DNA of 64,000 nt. Origin: Marinoscillum sp. (GTDB taxonomy: Bacteria > Bacteroidota > Bacteroidia > Cytophagales > Cyclobacteriaceae). The stretch is from NCBI RefSeq assembly GCF_965229915.1, contig NZ_CBDDJZ010000001.1:4739171-4803170 (forward strand), read 5' to 3'. Shown here one piece after another: positions 1-10,505 of the stretch (position 1 is the stretch's first letter; the number at the start of each line of letters is the position of its first letter). The notes beneath the pieces were generated by a model, which ran no database searches, had not been told where the DNA came from, and was given only the letters and a program-made list of their open reading frames with translations. A program made the position numbers and the translations under genes.

Positions 1-2
1 GA

Positions 3-1472
3 GACCTCACGGCCCGTAAGCTTATTCCAGCAATCTACAATTTGTTCAAGAAAGACTACCTACCAAAAAAGTATGCGATAGTAGGTGTAGGACGTACTCC
101 TTATGATGACGAGGAGTTTCGGGATAAGGCCGTACTGAACAATCCGCATATCAAACGTGAAGAAGGTAAGTCTGTGGAGGATTTTGCTAAGTTGGTACAC
201 TACCACGCATTGGATACTTCCAAAAAAGAGGACTATCCAGGGCTGTCTGATCGCTTGCATTCCATTGATGACGAGTTTGGCACCAATTGTAACGTGATTT
301 TTTACTTATCTGTGCCGCCAAGCTTGTACGGAGTTATTCCAAAGCATCTGGCATTTGCCGGACTCAATAAAGAAAAAACAGGTTGGACCCGATTGATTAT
401 TGAGAAGCCTTTTGGGTATGATCTCCAATCTGCTAAGGAGCTCAACAAGACCTTGCTGGAAGACTACCGTGAAGACCAGATCTATAGAATCGATCACTAC
501 CTGGGTAAGGAGACGGTACAGAACTTATTGGTGACCCGATTCTCCAATAGTATTTTCGAACCACTTTGGAACCGTAATTACATCCATCGGGTGGAGATCA
601 CGTCTGCTGAGTCAGTAGGAGTGGAGAAGCGTGGTGGCTACTATGATGGCTCTGGTGCACTGAGAGATATGGTCCAGAATCACTTGCTGCAGTTGATTGG
701 GCTAGTAGCAATGGAGCCGCCTGTAAAGTCAGATGCCGACAGCATTCGCAATGAAAAGCTGAAGGTGTTTCAGTCATTAAGGCCCATGACTACCGAAGAT
801 GTGAAGCAAAATGTGATCCGCGGACAGTACCTGTCCAGTAAGATCAAAGGTGAAGAAGTGAAAGGTTACCGTGAAGAGGAAGGTGTAAACCCTGAATCCA
901 GGACAGAGACTTTTGTGGCTCTTAAGTTTTTCATTGACAACTGGAGATGGTCTGGTGTTCCTTTTTACATTCGATCGGGCAAAAAACTGCCGACCCGAGT
1001 ATCCGAGGTAGTTATCCATTTCAAACCGAATCATCACCGGATATTCAGCCAAAGCCAGAAGGTGAACTCTCAGAACATGCTGGTGATGCGGATTCAGCCA
1101 GATGAAGGGATCCTGCTGAAATTTGGCATGAAAGTACCTGGACAAGGTTTTGAGGTTAAGAATGTAAACATGGACTTTTTGTATTCTGATCTCACTGATG
1201 CTTATGTGCCAGATGCCTATGAGCGATTGATCCTTGATTGCATGCAGGGCGATGCTACGCTGTATGCGCGTGGAGATAGTGTTGAGTCGGCATGGGAGTT
1301 TATCGATCCTATACTGAAAGCCTGGAAGGATGATCACTCCATTCCGATCTATGGATATCCGGCTGGGACCTGGGGTCCAGAAAACGTGGACGAATTGATA
1401 GAGGGCGAACATATGATGTGGCGCTATCCGTGTAAAAATCTTGCTGAAGACGGAATTTTCTGTGAACTATGA
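3..1472 (+). CDS. zwf: glucose-6-phosphate dehydrogenase (5' end lies outside the window)
   Basis: Motifs RIDHYLGKETVQN, IIEKPFG and DMVQNHLLQ. The frame is open from base 3 (DLTARKLIPAIYNLF), so the real start is upstream of the window. Confidence 0.97.
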   Translation, partial: DLTARKLIPAIYNLFKKDYLPKKYAIVGVGRTPYDDEEFRDKAVLNNPHIKREEGKSVEDFAKLVHYHALDTSKKEDYPGLSDRLHSIDDEFGTNCNVIFYLSVPPSLYGVIPKHLAFAGLNKEKTGWTRLIIEKPFGYDLQSAKELNKTLLEDYREDQIYRIDHYLGKETVQNLLVTRFSNSIFEPLWNRNYIHRVEITSAESVGVEKRGGYYDGSGALRDMVQNHLLQLIGLVAMEPPVKSDADSIRNEKLKVFQSLRPMTTEDVKQNVIRGQYLSSKIKGEEVKGYREEEGVNPESRTETFVALKFFIDNWRWSGVPFYIRSGKKLPTRVSEVVIHFKPNHHRIFSQSQKVNSQNMLVMRIQPDEGILLKFGMKVPGQGFEVKNVNMDFLYSDLTDAYVPDAYERLILDCMQGDATLYARGDSVESAWEFIDPILKAWKDDHSIPIYGYPAGTWGPENVDELIEGEHMMWRYPCKNLAEDGIFCEL

Positions 1473-2188
1473 CCAAAGAAGAATTCAAAATATTTGATAC
1501 ACCACAGCGGACAGCTGAGGCATTTGGAGATTATTTAATGGATCAGGCTGCAGGGAAGTCGTCCTTTCATGTGGTGCTCTCTGGTGGATCAACTCCTAAG
1601 ATTTTGTTTGATTACCTGGCACAAAAGTATGCACAGAGTGATCTGTGGAAAAACATCCATTTCTACTGGGGTGATGAGCGCTGTGTGCCACCTACAGATG
1701 ATCAGAGCAATTATAAAATGACCAAAGAGCGGTTGTTTGATCATGTGGATATTCCTGCGGCTAATATTCACCGGATTTTGGGAGAAGAAGACCCTCAGGA
1801 GGAAGCTAAGCGCTACGAGCAAGAAATCACAAATCATGTTCCTGTGATGAATGATCAACCTATTTTTGATTTGATCATTCTGGGAATGGGAGAAGACGGG
1901 CACACGGCTTCAATCTTCCCGCATCAGCTGGAGTTGTTGGATGATGAGCGCATCTGTGCGGTAGCAAAACATCCGGAGTCTGGTCAGCTCCGAGTCACCC
2001 TTAATGGACCAGCCATCAATGCGGCCAGCGAGGTTGTCTTTCTGGTGACTGGTGCTGGTAAAAAAGCAAAAATCAACGAAATCTATCATCAATCGGGAGA
2101 TTGGAAATCTTATCCTGCAGCACATATCAGACCTGTTGGTCGATTATTTTGGTATGTTGATGCTGCTGCTGTGGAAGGAATCATTTGA
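1469..2188 (+). CDS. pgl: 6-phosphogluconolactonase
   Basis: Motifs LSGGSTP, FYWGDERCVPP and LGMGEDGHTASIFP; 4-nt ATGA overlap with zwf. Confidence 0.95.
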   Translation: MTKEEFKIFDTPQRTAEAFGDYLMDQAAGKSSFHVVLSGGSTPKILFDYLAQKYAQSDLWKNIHFYWGDERCVPPTDDQSNYKMTKERLFDHVDIPAANIHRILGEEDPQEEAKRYEQEITNHVPVMNDQPIFDLIILGMGEDGHTASIFPHQLELLDDERICAVAKHPESGQLRVTLNGPAINAASEVVFLVTGAGKKAKINEIYHQSGDWKSYPAAHIRPVGRLFWYVDAAAVEGII

Positions 2189-2229
2189 TTTTAGGTACCT
2201 TTCGCCCTCATCAACTTGCAATTAGGTAT

Positions 2230-2250
2230 GACCACCAGGTGGTGGTCTTT
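2230..2250 (+). terminator. probable intrinsic terminator after zwf-pgl
   Basis: GACCACC-AGGT-GGTGGTC stem followed by TTT; the U-tract is short. Confidence 0.45.
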
Positions 2251-2272
2251 GACTGTCCTAAAAATATTCTTC

Positions 2273-4141
2273 ATGAGATATTTAGGTTACATATTCCTAT
2301 TGCTCTTGTCCTTCAATGGATACAGTCAGTCATCTATCATCGATGACTTACGCGATCAGCTCAAAGGCCCTTTGAGTGATAGTGCTCAGGTAATGGCAAA
2401 AACTCAACTGGCACGAGAGTTAATTTACATTGACAATTCGGAAGCCTACCTTCTCGCACAAGAAGCTATCAGTCTAGCCAATGAAAAAGGACTGGAGCTG
2501 GAGGGAGCATATGCCCTGCGCATACTTGGTGCGGTCATGCGTGAGTATGGATTTTATCTGAAAGGATCCGAAATCCTACTGGACGCAAAAGCTATTTTCG
2601 AGCAGTACGGAGATGAGTTGGGAGTGGCCAACTGCTACCTGTCGTTGGCAAATTTCTACAATTACCTGTCCGATCATGACCTGGCAGTCACCACAGAGTT
2701 AAAGGCTATACAGATCTTTGAAAAATTACAAGCATCGGAGCGCTTGGGGGTGATCTACAATAATATTGGCCGGTCTTACAATGATCTGGGTAAATACGAC
2801 TCAGCGGCATTTTACACTAGAGCTTCGATAGCTGTAAATGAATCCTTAAATAACCAGCCGTTGCTGCAGAGCAACTACCGGAACCTTGGCTTGATTTACA
2901 TCAAAACCAGAAAATTTGACTCTGCTAAAGAGTCTTTTGACAAAGTCATCAAATTGCATAATGAGCTCGGCAACTATTCCAATAAATGGGCTGCGGCAGA
3001 AGCTTATCTTGGACTCGCTAAAGTTTACATGCAGCAAAATGGAAGTAGGGAGCAGGTAGAAAGTAATATCAACACTGCGCGTGATCTGTGTGTGACTCAC
3101 GGATACCTGGATATACTTAAAAATGTGATCCAGACATCTTTCGAGTATAACCAGTCCATCAATAACTATGAGAACATTGACTTGTTGTGGAAAACCTATC
3201 AGAACTTAACCGATTCACTGCTTCAGGTAGAGCGTGAAAACAAAAGATACATAGTGGATTGGTATGAGGAGCGAATTCAGCAAGAATCGGAGATTGCCGA
3301 TTTTACCTTGAAGCTCGGGCGTCAGAAGGTTCAGATTGTTGCATTGATTGTGTTGGTACTTTTGATTGGAATCTCTCTTGCGTTGTTTGTTTTCACTAAT
3401 CGCAGAGTCAGAAAAGTCAATAGACTTTTGAGTCATCAGAAAAAGGAACTAGAGAAGCTAAACCAAACCAAAAGCAAGTTATTCTCTATAGTCGCTCACG
3501 ATTTTATCAGTCCACTTTCCAACGTCTACTCCTTTTCCAGACTGCTGGCTGAGGAACGCCAGATGGACGAATCAGATAAAAAGTTGATCATCAAAGAACT
3601 GAACCAATCGGTAGAGAGCACTATCAGTCTGACCAAAAACCTGCTGACCTGGGCTCGAAACCAGCTGGAAGGCGAAGTGCATAATCCCATTCAGGTGGAA
3701 GTTTGCAAACTGTTACAAACGGTGCTGAAGTCAATACAAAGTCAAGCATCGGCCAAACAAGTGAAAGTAGAGATCCAGTGCCCTGGTGAACTGGAAATCT
3801 ATGCCGACCCTGCACAACTGGAGGTAGTATTTAGAAATCTGATATCCAATGCGATCAAATTCAGCCACCCTGAGCAATCCATCAATATTCAGGTAACCAC
3901 CGCAGAAGGCAGAGTGAAAATCCTGTTTGAAGATAAGGGTATTGGCATGAGCGATGAGGTACAAAGTCAACTCTTCCAGATCAATGAGTATTCGGATGTA
4001 CGTGGTACCGCAGGAGAGAAGGGCACAGGACTTGGACTGATCATCTGTAGGGAGTTTGTAGAGAAGAACAATGGGGACATTTTGGTCAATAGCCACGAAG
4101 GCAAAGGAACTGCCATTCAGCTGTCATTCCCATCCAAATAG
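2273..4141 (+). CDS. TPR-repeat sensor histidine kinase (HisKA + HATPase_c)
   Basis: Signal-like N-terminus MRYLGYIFLLLL, TPR repeats, a TM helix, H-box SIVAHDFISPL, N-box RNLISNAIKF and G-boxes DKGIG and GTGLGL. ATG at 2273 preferred over the ORF-track start at 2216. Confidence 0.9.
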   Translation: MRYLGYIFLLLLSFNGYSQSSIIDDLRDQLKGPLSDSAQVMAKTQLARELIYIDNSEAYLLAQEAISLANEKGLELEGAYALRILGAVMREYGFYLKGSEILLDAKAIFEQYGDELGVANCYLSLANFYNYLSDHDLAVTTELKAIQIFEKLQASERLGVIYNNIGRSYNDLGKYDSAAFYTRASIAVNESLNNQPLLQSNYRNLGLIYIKTRKFDSAKESFDKVIKLHNELGNYSNKWAAAEAYLGLAKVYMQQNGSREQVESNINTARDLCVTHGYLDILKNVIQTSFEYNQSINNYENIDLLWKTYQNLTDSLLQVERENKRYIVDWYEERIQQESEIADFTLKLGRQKVQIVALIVLVLLIGISLALFVFTNRRVRKVNRLLSHQKKELEKLNQTKSKLFSIVAHDFISPLSNVYSFSRLLAEERQMDESDKKLIIKELNQSVESTISLTKNLLTWARNQLEGEVHNPIQVEVCKLLQTVLKSIQSQASAKQVKVEIQCPGELEIYADPAQLEVVFRNLISNAIKFSHPEQSINIQVTTAEGRVKILFEDKGIGMSDEVQSQLFQINEYSDVRGTAGEKGTGLGLIICREFVEKNNGDILVNSHEGKGTAIQLSFPSK

Positions 4142-4236
4142 CTCCGAATATCCTTGATTTGATCCCCTCACAAGATTTCATCAGTTGACCAACTGGCGCA
4201 TCTGTTTTTATACTGAATTAAACCAAACTAAAACTG

Positions 4237-5373
4237 ATGAAAAAGAAATTATTTTTTGCAGCCATTGCCACAATGGTATGTTGGAGTATGTATGCACAGC
4301 TTCAGAGTTTGCCTCCTAGTGGTGCCAATCAACAAAGTGTTGTCAAACAGCACATTGGTGGTGTTGCCTGGGTAAAGATAAGTTACGGTAGTCCAGATGT
4401 AGCAGGTAGAGAGGGTCAGATATGGGGTCAGCTAGTACCTTACGGCAAGGCCAACCTTGGTTTTGGAGCCAGCACAGATGAGAATCCATCCCCATGGCGT
4501 GCGGGCGCCAATGAGAACACTGTTTTTGAGACTTCTCATGATATGCTGGTCCAGGGAGAGCTTTTACCGGCAGGTCGCTATGGTTTTTTTGTAGAGCCAA
4601 AGGAATCTGGGGATTGGGATATAATCTTCAGTAGTGAAGCCGATGCCTGGGGTAGTTTTTTCTACCAGCCGGAAGATGAGGTATTGCGAGTCCAGGCAAC
4701 TCCTCAGGACCTGAATGAATCAGTAGAATATCTGACTTATGACTTTACCAATCGCAAGGACGATCAGACTACTGTCAACCTGGAATGGGAAAAGAAGAGA
4801 TTGCCATTTACCGTGATGGTAAAAGATGCCAACGCACAAACGCTGAGTGCTTTACGAAGTGAGCTAAAGGATTCACCTGGTTTTACTTATACCAACTGGG
4901 TAGCTGCTGCGACCTGGGCATCAGGTGCCGGGTATCACGATGAGGCGATCAACTGGGCGGAAAATGCCATTTCCTTGCCGTTCATTGGTCAGCGAGATTT
5001 CTCTACGTTATCTACCAAAGCAATGGTGCTTCGCAATGCAGGGAAGGCGGAGGAAGCCAATAGCATCATGGATGAGGCGATCAACATGCCAGGAGCACCA
5101 GCATTTCAAGTTCATGCCTACGGGCGACAGCTCATTGCAGCCGGACAAAGTAAAAAGGCGCTTGAGGTTTTTCAGATCAATCACAAGAACAATGACGGTG
5201 CCTGGCCGACCAATTATGGACTTGCCAGGGGGTACTCCGCAGTAGGAGATTACAAAAAAGCTATCAAGTATTTGGAAATAGCTCTTACTAAAGTACCGGC
5301 AAACGATACCATGAATCCACCAATCATCCGGGCCAACCTGGACAAACTGAAAAAAGGCGAAGACATCAACTAA
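4237..5373 (+). CDS. DUF2911 domain protein with C-terminal TPR
   Basis: Signal peptide; SYGSP..GR..WG.LVPYG and PWRAGANENT motifs typical of DUF2911; helical TPR-like C-terminus. Confidence 0.85.
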   Translation: MKKKLFFAAIATMVCWSMYAQLQSLPPSGANQQSVVKQHIGGVAWVKISYGSPDVAGREGQIWGQLVPYGKANLGFGASTDENPSPWRAGANENTVFETSHDMLVQGELLPAGRYGFFVEPKESGDWDIIFSSEADAWGSFFYQPEDEVLRVQATPQDLNESVEYLTYDFTNRKDDQTTVNLEWEKKRLPFTVMVKDANAQTLSALRSELKDSPGFTYTNWVAAATWASGAGYHDEAINWAENAISLPFIGQRDFSTLSTKAMVLRNAGKAEEANSIMDEAINMPGAPAFQVHAYGRQLIAAGQSKKALEVFQINHKNNDGAWPTNYGLARGYSAVGDYKKAIKYLEIALTKVPANDTMNPPIIRANLDKLKKGEDIN

Positions 5374-5380
5374 AGGTTTA

Positions 5381-5413
5381 AAGCCCCTGGAACTATTCAG
5401 GGGTTTTCTTTTT
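5381..5413 (+). terminator. intrinsic terminator
   Basis: CCCCTG-GAACTATT-CAGGGG stem followed by TTTTCTTTTT. Confidence 0.8.
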
Positions 5414-5448
5414 CAGAATATCTTTGTGGCAATCATGCAGCTTGACCA

Positions 5449-5805
5449 ATGCCTGTATCAATCATCAGTCATCAGGATAAACAAATAATCCTGATAGACT
5501 ACAAACCCTGTAAGAACAAAGAGGAAATGATCGCCACAGCGCGGGAAGCAGCCTCACTCTTTAAGCAGCAACCGGGCAAGGTACTGGCGGTGAGTGATTT
5601 CACTGGCACTTATGGAAGTGAGGAGTATATGAATGAAGTCAAAAAATTGAGTGTAGAAGTCTTCAGAGCCAAAACTGAAAAAGCCGCCGCTATTGGAATC
5701 ACTGGTATCAAAAAAGTCTTGCTCAAAAGCTTCAATGCCTTTTCAGTTAACAAACTCAAGCCATTCGATACAATGGAAGACGCTTTGGATTACCTGGTCA
5801 GCTAG
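5449..5805 (+). CDS. small SpoIIAA/STAS-SEC14-like hypothetical protein
   Basis: 118-aa ORF; alpha/beta pattern IILIDY...AAAIGITGIKKVLL...PFDTMEDALDYL; clear paralogy with the convergent neighbour supports coding status. Confidence 0.7.
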   Translation: MPVSIISHQDKQIILIDYKPCKNKEEMIATAREAASLFKQQPGKVLAVSDFTGTYGSEEYMNEVKKLSVEVFRAKTEKAAAIGITGIKKVLLKSFNAFSVNKLKPFDTMEDALDYLVS

Positions 5806-5806
5806 T

Positions 5807-6157
5807 CTACCTTATCAAATATTCTTTGGCCGTTTCTTCGTCATCAAAAGGTCGCATGGCCCCACCTAGTATTCTGTTATAGCCAAGTAAGAGCACCTTC
5901 TTTGCGCCCGTAATTCCCACAATAGCCGCTTTGGTTGGTATATGCTTGGTGTCTTTGCCAAGCTGCCGGATGTAGTTGGTAAATCTAGTTGTAGCAAACG
6001 CATCCGATATATTGATCAATCGCAAATGCGCCTTGTTTTCTGATAGTAGCAACTCTTTGAGCGTGGTTGCGGTATGGAGCATCTGGTCCTCGCTCTCTCC
6101 GCGATAGTCTACATAAATGATCTCTTTTCCTTTGTAAACAATTTTTTTTACTGACAT
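5807..6157 (-). CDS. small SpoIIAA/STAS-SEC14-like hypothetical protein (paralog of 5449-5805)
   Basis: 116-aa ORF; IIYVDY...AAIVGITGAKKVLL...PFDDEETAKEYL. Confidence 0.7.
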   Translation of the reverse strand: MSVKKIVYKGKEIIYVDYRGESEDQMLHTATTLKELLLSENKAHLRLINISDAFATTRFTNYIRQLGKDTKHIPTKAAIVGITGAKKVLLLGYNRILGGAMRPFDDEETAKEYLIR

Positions 6158-6389
6158 AGTTAATGACTGGTGAATGATGGAGTTGTATGTAAAAATCGTC
6201 CGAAACTAATGACATTCTATTAGAAATTCAACAACTAATTAGCCCAAAAAAGTAATGCAAGCTCTTAGAATCTAACATCGATTAATGCATTATGCCAAGA
6301 TTAATTTTGGTTATATTCATCTGGTGAGATTAGGTGTTCAGCGGGGTATTTAGTATATTCATCTATTAATCAGCCACTTATGTCTAAAA

Positions 6390-9300
6390 ATGAACTCTAC
6401 ACCGCTAATAGCCACACTTTTACTGATATGTTCCACAGCTTTTGGTCAGACTACACGGTTTGTCAGTACTACCGGTACTGACACTGGAGACTGCTCGGAT
6501 TCGGGTTCTCCCTGCCAAACGATCAACTTTGCCATTGCACAAGCCACTGATGGTGATGTAGTAAAACTTGGTGCGGGCACATATGCCAGCGCTACCGTTG
6601 ACAAACGTATTACTCTTCGAGGGAAAGGGTATCAGACCTCCGTTTCCGGCTTGTCTATTTCCGCACCTCTATCGGGCTCGTCCTATGTTTATGTACGTGA
6701 TTTGACAGTGTCAGGAGGTAGTGTCGGGATTGCCATAGCGACTTCATTCGTTCACCTGGATAGTTTGGATGTTTCAGGTCACAGTAGTCGCAATATCAAC
6801 GTGGATGCATCAGGAAGTATCTCGGATTTGATCATTGAGAAATGTAAGCTCAACAATGGAGGTACGGGACTGTGGATAGATGAAACAACTTCTCTCGATG
6901 GGCTCACAATGACAGGAACTGAGCTGAACGGCAATGAATTTGGCTTCTATAGCCAGCTGGGTAACAGCACGTCCAATACGATGTTAGAGAATGTGGTTAT
7001 TCGGAATTGCACTTTTAATCACAATGACCGAAAGGGGATTTACTGTGAAAAACTATCGGATGCAGTGATGGAAAATATCTCGGTCATAGGCAGTGGAGTA
7101 GACCCCACATATGCGTTCAACAATGGCATAGATATCAATCTCAAATGGCAAGCCTACAGCAATATTGAAATCCGCAATTCCAGGGTACTGGGGTGTGGTG
7201 ATTTAGGTCCAAATAACTCGGGCACTAGTCCAGAAAACAGGCGCTCCACGGCTATTGCCATAAAAGCCAGAACGGATGCTGGATCTTACAACAGCGACCC
7301 TGCTTCTTTGTCTAATGTGACTTTGGATGGAGTAATCATTGATGGATTGGCTACAGATTTGAGATTTGGTGAGATGGGCAAACTGGACAACACTGGTATC
7401 GATATGTCCACTGTCACTGTAACAAATTGCTCGTTGGCAAGTGATGACATAGCAGGATTACTCAATGAAGAAATCACGAATACTTTGACCGTTAGTCATA
7501 ATTATTGGGGAGGAGGTACACCCAGTCCTGGAACTGACTTATTCACTATAACTGGTTCCAACATCGCTCAATCAAATGAGTTGGCTAATCTAATTGTCGA
7601 TGAGTCTAACAATGCCTACGCTGATTTTGCCAGTGCCTTAGCTGGTGTAGCGGCTTCTGGTACCATCAAAAACATTCCTCAAGGCTTGATAACTGGGACC
7701 ACTACCATCAATAAGAACGTGACACTAAGTGTGCCAGGAGCTGGACTGCTGGACAGTACCAATAGCCTGGTCTCTTTTGCCGACTTAATGGTCTCAGGAG
7801 GTGTGCTCACACTGATGGGAGATGTGGAGGTTACGGGCACACTCACACTCGAGGATGATGTCATATTAGGAGATTATACTGGGTCTGCTGGGTCAGTCAT
7901 TGTAAATAGTGGCGGCTCCATTCAGGATGGAGTGGCTATGGCGGCTGATGGCACCACAGTCACAGTAGCCAGCGGGACTTTTTCAGAAAATAGCATTTAC
8001 ATAGACAGATCCATCAGCCTGAATGGTGCCAATGCAGGGACCGCCGCAAGTGGCTCGCGTAGTGCCGAAACGATCATCGAACCTTCCAGCAGTAGTAATG
8101 GGTTGTTTCTGGATACGGACAATGTAGCCATTGATGGATTTGAGCTTGGTCAGAGTAATCTACTCACTGGGGTTGTCTCAGATGGATTTACCGATATTAC
8201 AATCACCAATTCCATCATCAATACTGACTCCATTGGGATCTATATCAATGATGCGACCACAGGTGCCATCACGATTTCACAGAATCAGATTAACACTAGT
8301 GGTTTTGTGGGTCCCAGTCTTTCAGGTCTTACTTCGGGGATTTCATTAAGCGGGCTGACTTCTTCAGTAGACGTGGATGTTAATGACAATGCCGTCGATG
8401 GCGGCACCTATGGGCTATTGGTTTTCGATTGTGCGAGTTCCGCTCCGCTGAGCGTATCCAATCTGGAGGTGACCAATTTGATACAAGGGGTTTTGGTTTC
8501 AGCTACCAATGGTACATATGAGCAGCCTAACTCACTGACCATAGATGGACTCAATGCCACTGCTTTTGATGAACCAGGAGGAGGAATTACCAACATTCCT
8601 CAAACAGGGGTCTACATATACACCAATGGCAGTGCCACCCTCTCAGATGTTCAAGACGTAACCATTACTAACTCTGCCATCAGCGGTACCGGTAGTACCA
8701 CTTCGGACTATGCAGGGATCATTTGTGGAGACTTTTCGGGAGTTCTTGGTGGCACCATTCAGGATATTACTATATCAGGAACTACCGTGGAGAACAACCT
8801 GAACAGAGGTATCTATGTAAGAGGACGAAATACAACGGCAAGCCTGAGTGATGTCACATTCACTGAAAATGGTGCTGATCCCACGGGCTCTGGTGGTAAC
8901 CCAGGATTTCACTTGGTGGTAAGAAATGACGCGGTAGTGGATGTGACCAATAGCGTGTTTACTAATCCAACTAGTCAGACCTCCGATCAGTTTGATGGAT
9001 TGAGTTTACAGACAGGTAGTACCTTGACTATTACCAATTCACGATTCAACCAGAATGGAAATGGTTCTCTGGCAACAACATCTGGGATTGATCTCTCAGG
9101 GAACTACCTTGGGTCGACAGATGAAGCTGATCTTAGTACCTGGATCAATGCGGGATGTGATTACACTCCATATCTTGGTAGTGGCACTGATTCAGATCCC
9201 GGAACAGATGGTTTTCAGGGAGATTTTGGTAATCTCTATGTGACCAACCTGGGGAGTCAAACTGGATCTACTGAGCGAGTGCAGGAGGCCCATGATCTGG

Positions 9301-10505
9301 CTGATATAAGTGGAACTGTCAGTCTCAACCTGGATGACTTTTCAGAATCATTGACTGTAAGTAAAAATCTCACACTGTCGCCACTGTCCAACTCCTCCGA
9401 TACAGTTTCACTGGATAATTTGACCATGAACGGTTCTTCTATTAGTCTGACCTTGGATGCAAACCTTAGGATCTCGTCCTCAATCACCTTTACAGATGGT
9501 ACTATTGATGTGACTAACGGAGCTTTGATTCTGGCTCCAGCGGTGCCTGATCCAGTGGAGAGTAGCAGTTCCAGACTCATGGGAAGCATGGTACTGGAAC
9601 CTAGAACTATTGGTACTGGATCACTGGATATACTTGGAGTATCCATAAGTGTTGGGGGTGATGATATGGGTATGATCAGCATTTCCAGAGAGACTGGTCC
9701 AGGTGCCGTAGTTACGAGCGGAGTGAACAATTCCATTGCTGTGCAATGGCAGATAGATGTCGATACAGAACCGGCCGCTGGCAGAGATGTGGGGTTCACC
9801 TGGTTGTCAGATTTTGATAATGGACTGGACGTGTCCAATCTGCAGCTGTTCAAGAATAGTGGCTCTGGCTGGTTAGATATAGATGATCCACAGGATGTTT
9901 CTAGCAGTGATCCCAGGGTATTTGCTCCTATTACCACCACCACCTTCTCCTCATGGACGATGGCTGAGGGAGGAACCGTTTTGCCAATTGAGCTATTGTA
10001 TTTTAAAGCTAAGAAAACAGCGGGAATCGTAGCGTTGGAATGGGCTACTGCCAGTGAAAGAAATACTTCCCATTTCGAACTGGAGCGCAAGCTTGATGGT
10101 GGAGAATTTGTGTCGATTGCGGAGGTAGAAGCAGTTGGAGAGTCGAAAACCAAGCAAGTATACACTTGTCAAGACCGATACAGTTTTTTGGATGATGAAG
10201 CCTTTTATCGATTAAAAAGCGTGGACTTTGATGGCTTTACTGAGATTTTTGATGCTATTCGTGTGGGGGACTTCATATCGTCTCAGGTCGTGAAGCTCTA
10301 TCCTAACCCAACCTCAGACTATGTTGTGGTGCGCCAGAGATCTTATGATCAGTATGCCGTGATTTCAATGGCTGGAAAGCAGGTAATTGGAGGGGTGTTA
10401 AATGAAGAACGAATTGACCTTAGAAGCTTACCAGCAGGAAATTACATCATTCGACTGTCAGGAAAAGACGTTGGTGACTTTACTACCGTATTGGTCAAAG
10501 AGTAG
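6390..10505 (+). CDS. secreted right-handed parallel beta-helix protein with T9SS type A sorting domain
   Basis: Signal peptide, many beta-helix-type repeats (I.N..F..N), LPIELLYFKA linker, C-terminal KLYPNPTS...DLRSLPAGNYIIRL domain. Confidence 0.88.
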   Translation: MNSTPLIATLLLICSTAFGQTTRFVSTTGTDTGDCSDSGSPCQTINFAIAQATDGDVVKLGAGTYASATVDKRITLRGKGYQTSVSGLSISAPLSGSSYVYVRDLTVSGGSVGIAIATSFVHLDSLDVSGHSSRNINVDASGSISDLIIEKCKLNNGGTGLWIDETTSLDGLTMTGTELNGNEFGFYSQLGNSTSNTMLENVVIRNCTFNHNDRKGIYCEKLSDAVMENISVIGSGVDPTYAFNNGIDINLKWQAYSNIEIRNSRVLGCGDLGPNNSGTSPENRRSTAIAIKARTDAGSYNSDPASLSNVTLDGVIIDGLATDLRFGEMGKLDNTGIDMSTVTVTNCSLASDDIAGLLNEEITNTLTVSHNYWGGGTPSPGTDLFTITGSNIAQSNELANLIVDESNNAYADFASALAGVAASGTIKNIPQGLITGTTTINKNVTLSVPGAGLLDSTNSLVSFADLMVSGGVLTLMGDVEVTGTLTLEDDVILGDYTGSAGSVIVNSGGSIQDGVAMAADGTTVTVASGTFSENSIYIDRSISLNGANAGTAASGSRSAETIIEPSSSSNGLFLDTDNVAIDGFELGQSNLLTGVVSDGFTDITITNSIINTDSIGIYINDATTGAITISQNQINTSGFVGPSLSGLTSGISLSGLTSSVDVDVNDNAVDGGTYGLLVFDCASSAPLSVSNLEVTNLIQGVLVSATNGTYEQPNSLTIDGLNATAFDEPGGGITNIPQTGVYIYTNGSATLSDVQDVTITNSAISGTGSTTSDYAGIICGDFSGVLGGTIQDITISGTTVENNLNRGIYVRGRNTTASLSDVTFTENGADPTGSGGNPGFHLVVRNDAVVDVTNSVFTNPTSQTSDQFDGLSLQTGSTLTITNSRFNQNGNGSLATTSGIDLSGNYLGSTDEADLSTWINAGCDYTPYLGSGTDSDPGTDGFQGDFGNLYVTNLGSQTGSTERVQEAHDLADISGTVSLNLDDFSESLTVSKNLTLSPLSNSSDTVSLDNLTMNGSSISLTLDANLRISSSITFTDGTIDVTNGALILAPAVPDPVESSSSRLMGSMVLEPRTIGTGSLDILGVSISVGGDDMGMISISRETGPGAVVTSGVNNSIAVQWQIDVDTEPAAGRDVGFTWLSDFDNGLDVSNLQLFKNSGSGWLDIDDPQDVSSSDPRVFAPITTTTFSSWTMAEGGTVLPIELLYFKAKKTAGIVALEWATASERNTSHFELERKLDGGEFVSIAEVEAVGESKTKQVYTCQDRYSFLDDEAFYRLKSVDFDGFTEIFDAIRVGDFISSQVVKLYPNPTSDYVVVRQRSYDQYAVISMAGKQVIGGVLNEERIDLRSLPAGNYIIRLSGKDVGDFTTVLVKE

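Noticed and set aside
2273-4141. Orphan histidine kinases (also 44190-46073) as a novel signalling system
   Set aside because: Orphan TPR- and CHASE-type kinases are abundant in Cytophagales, and nothing in the sequence marks these as special.
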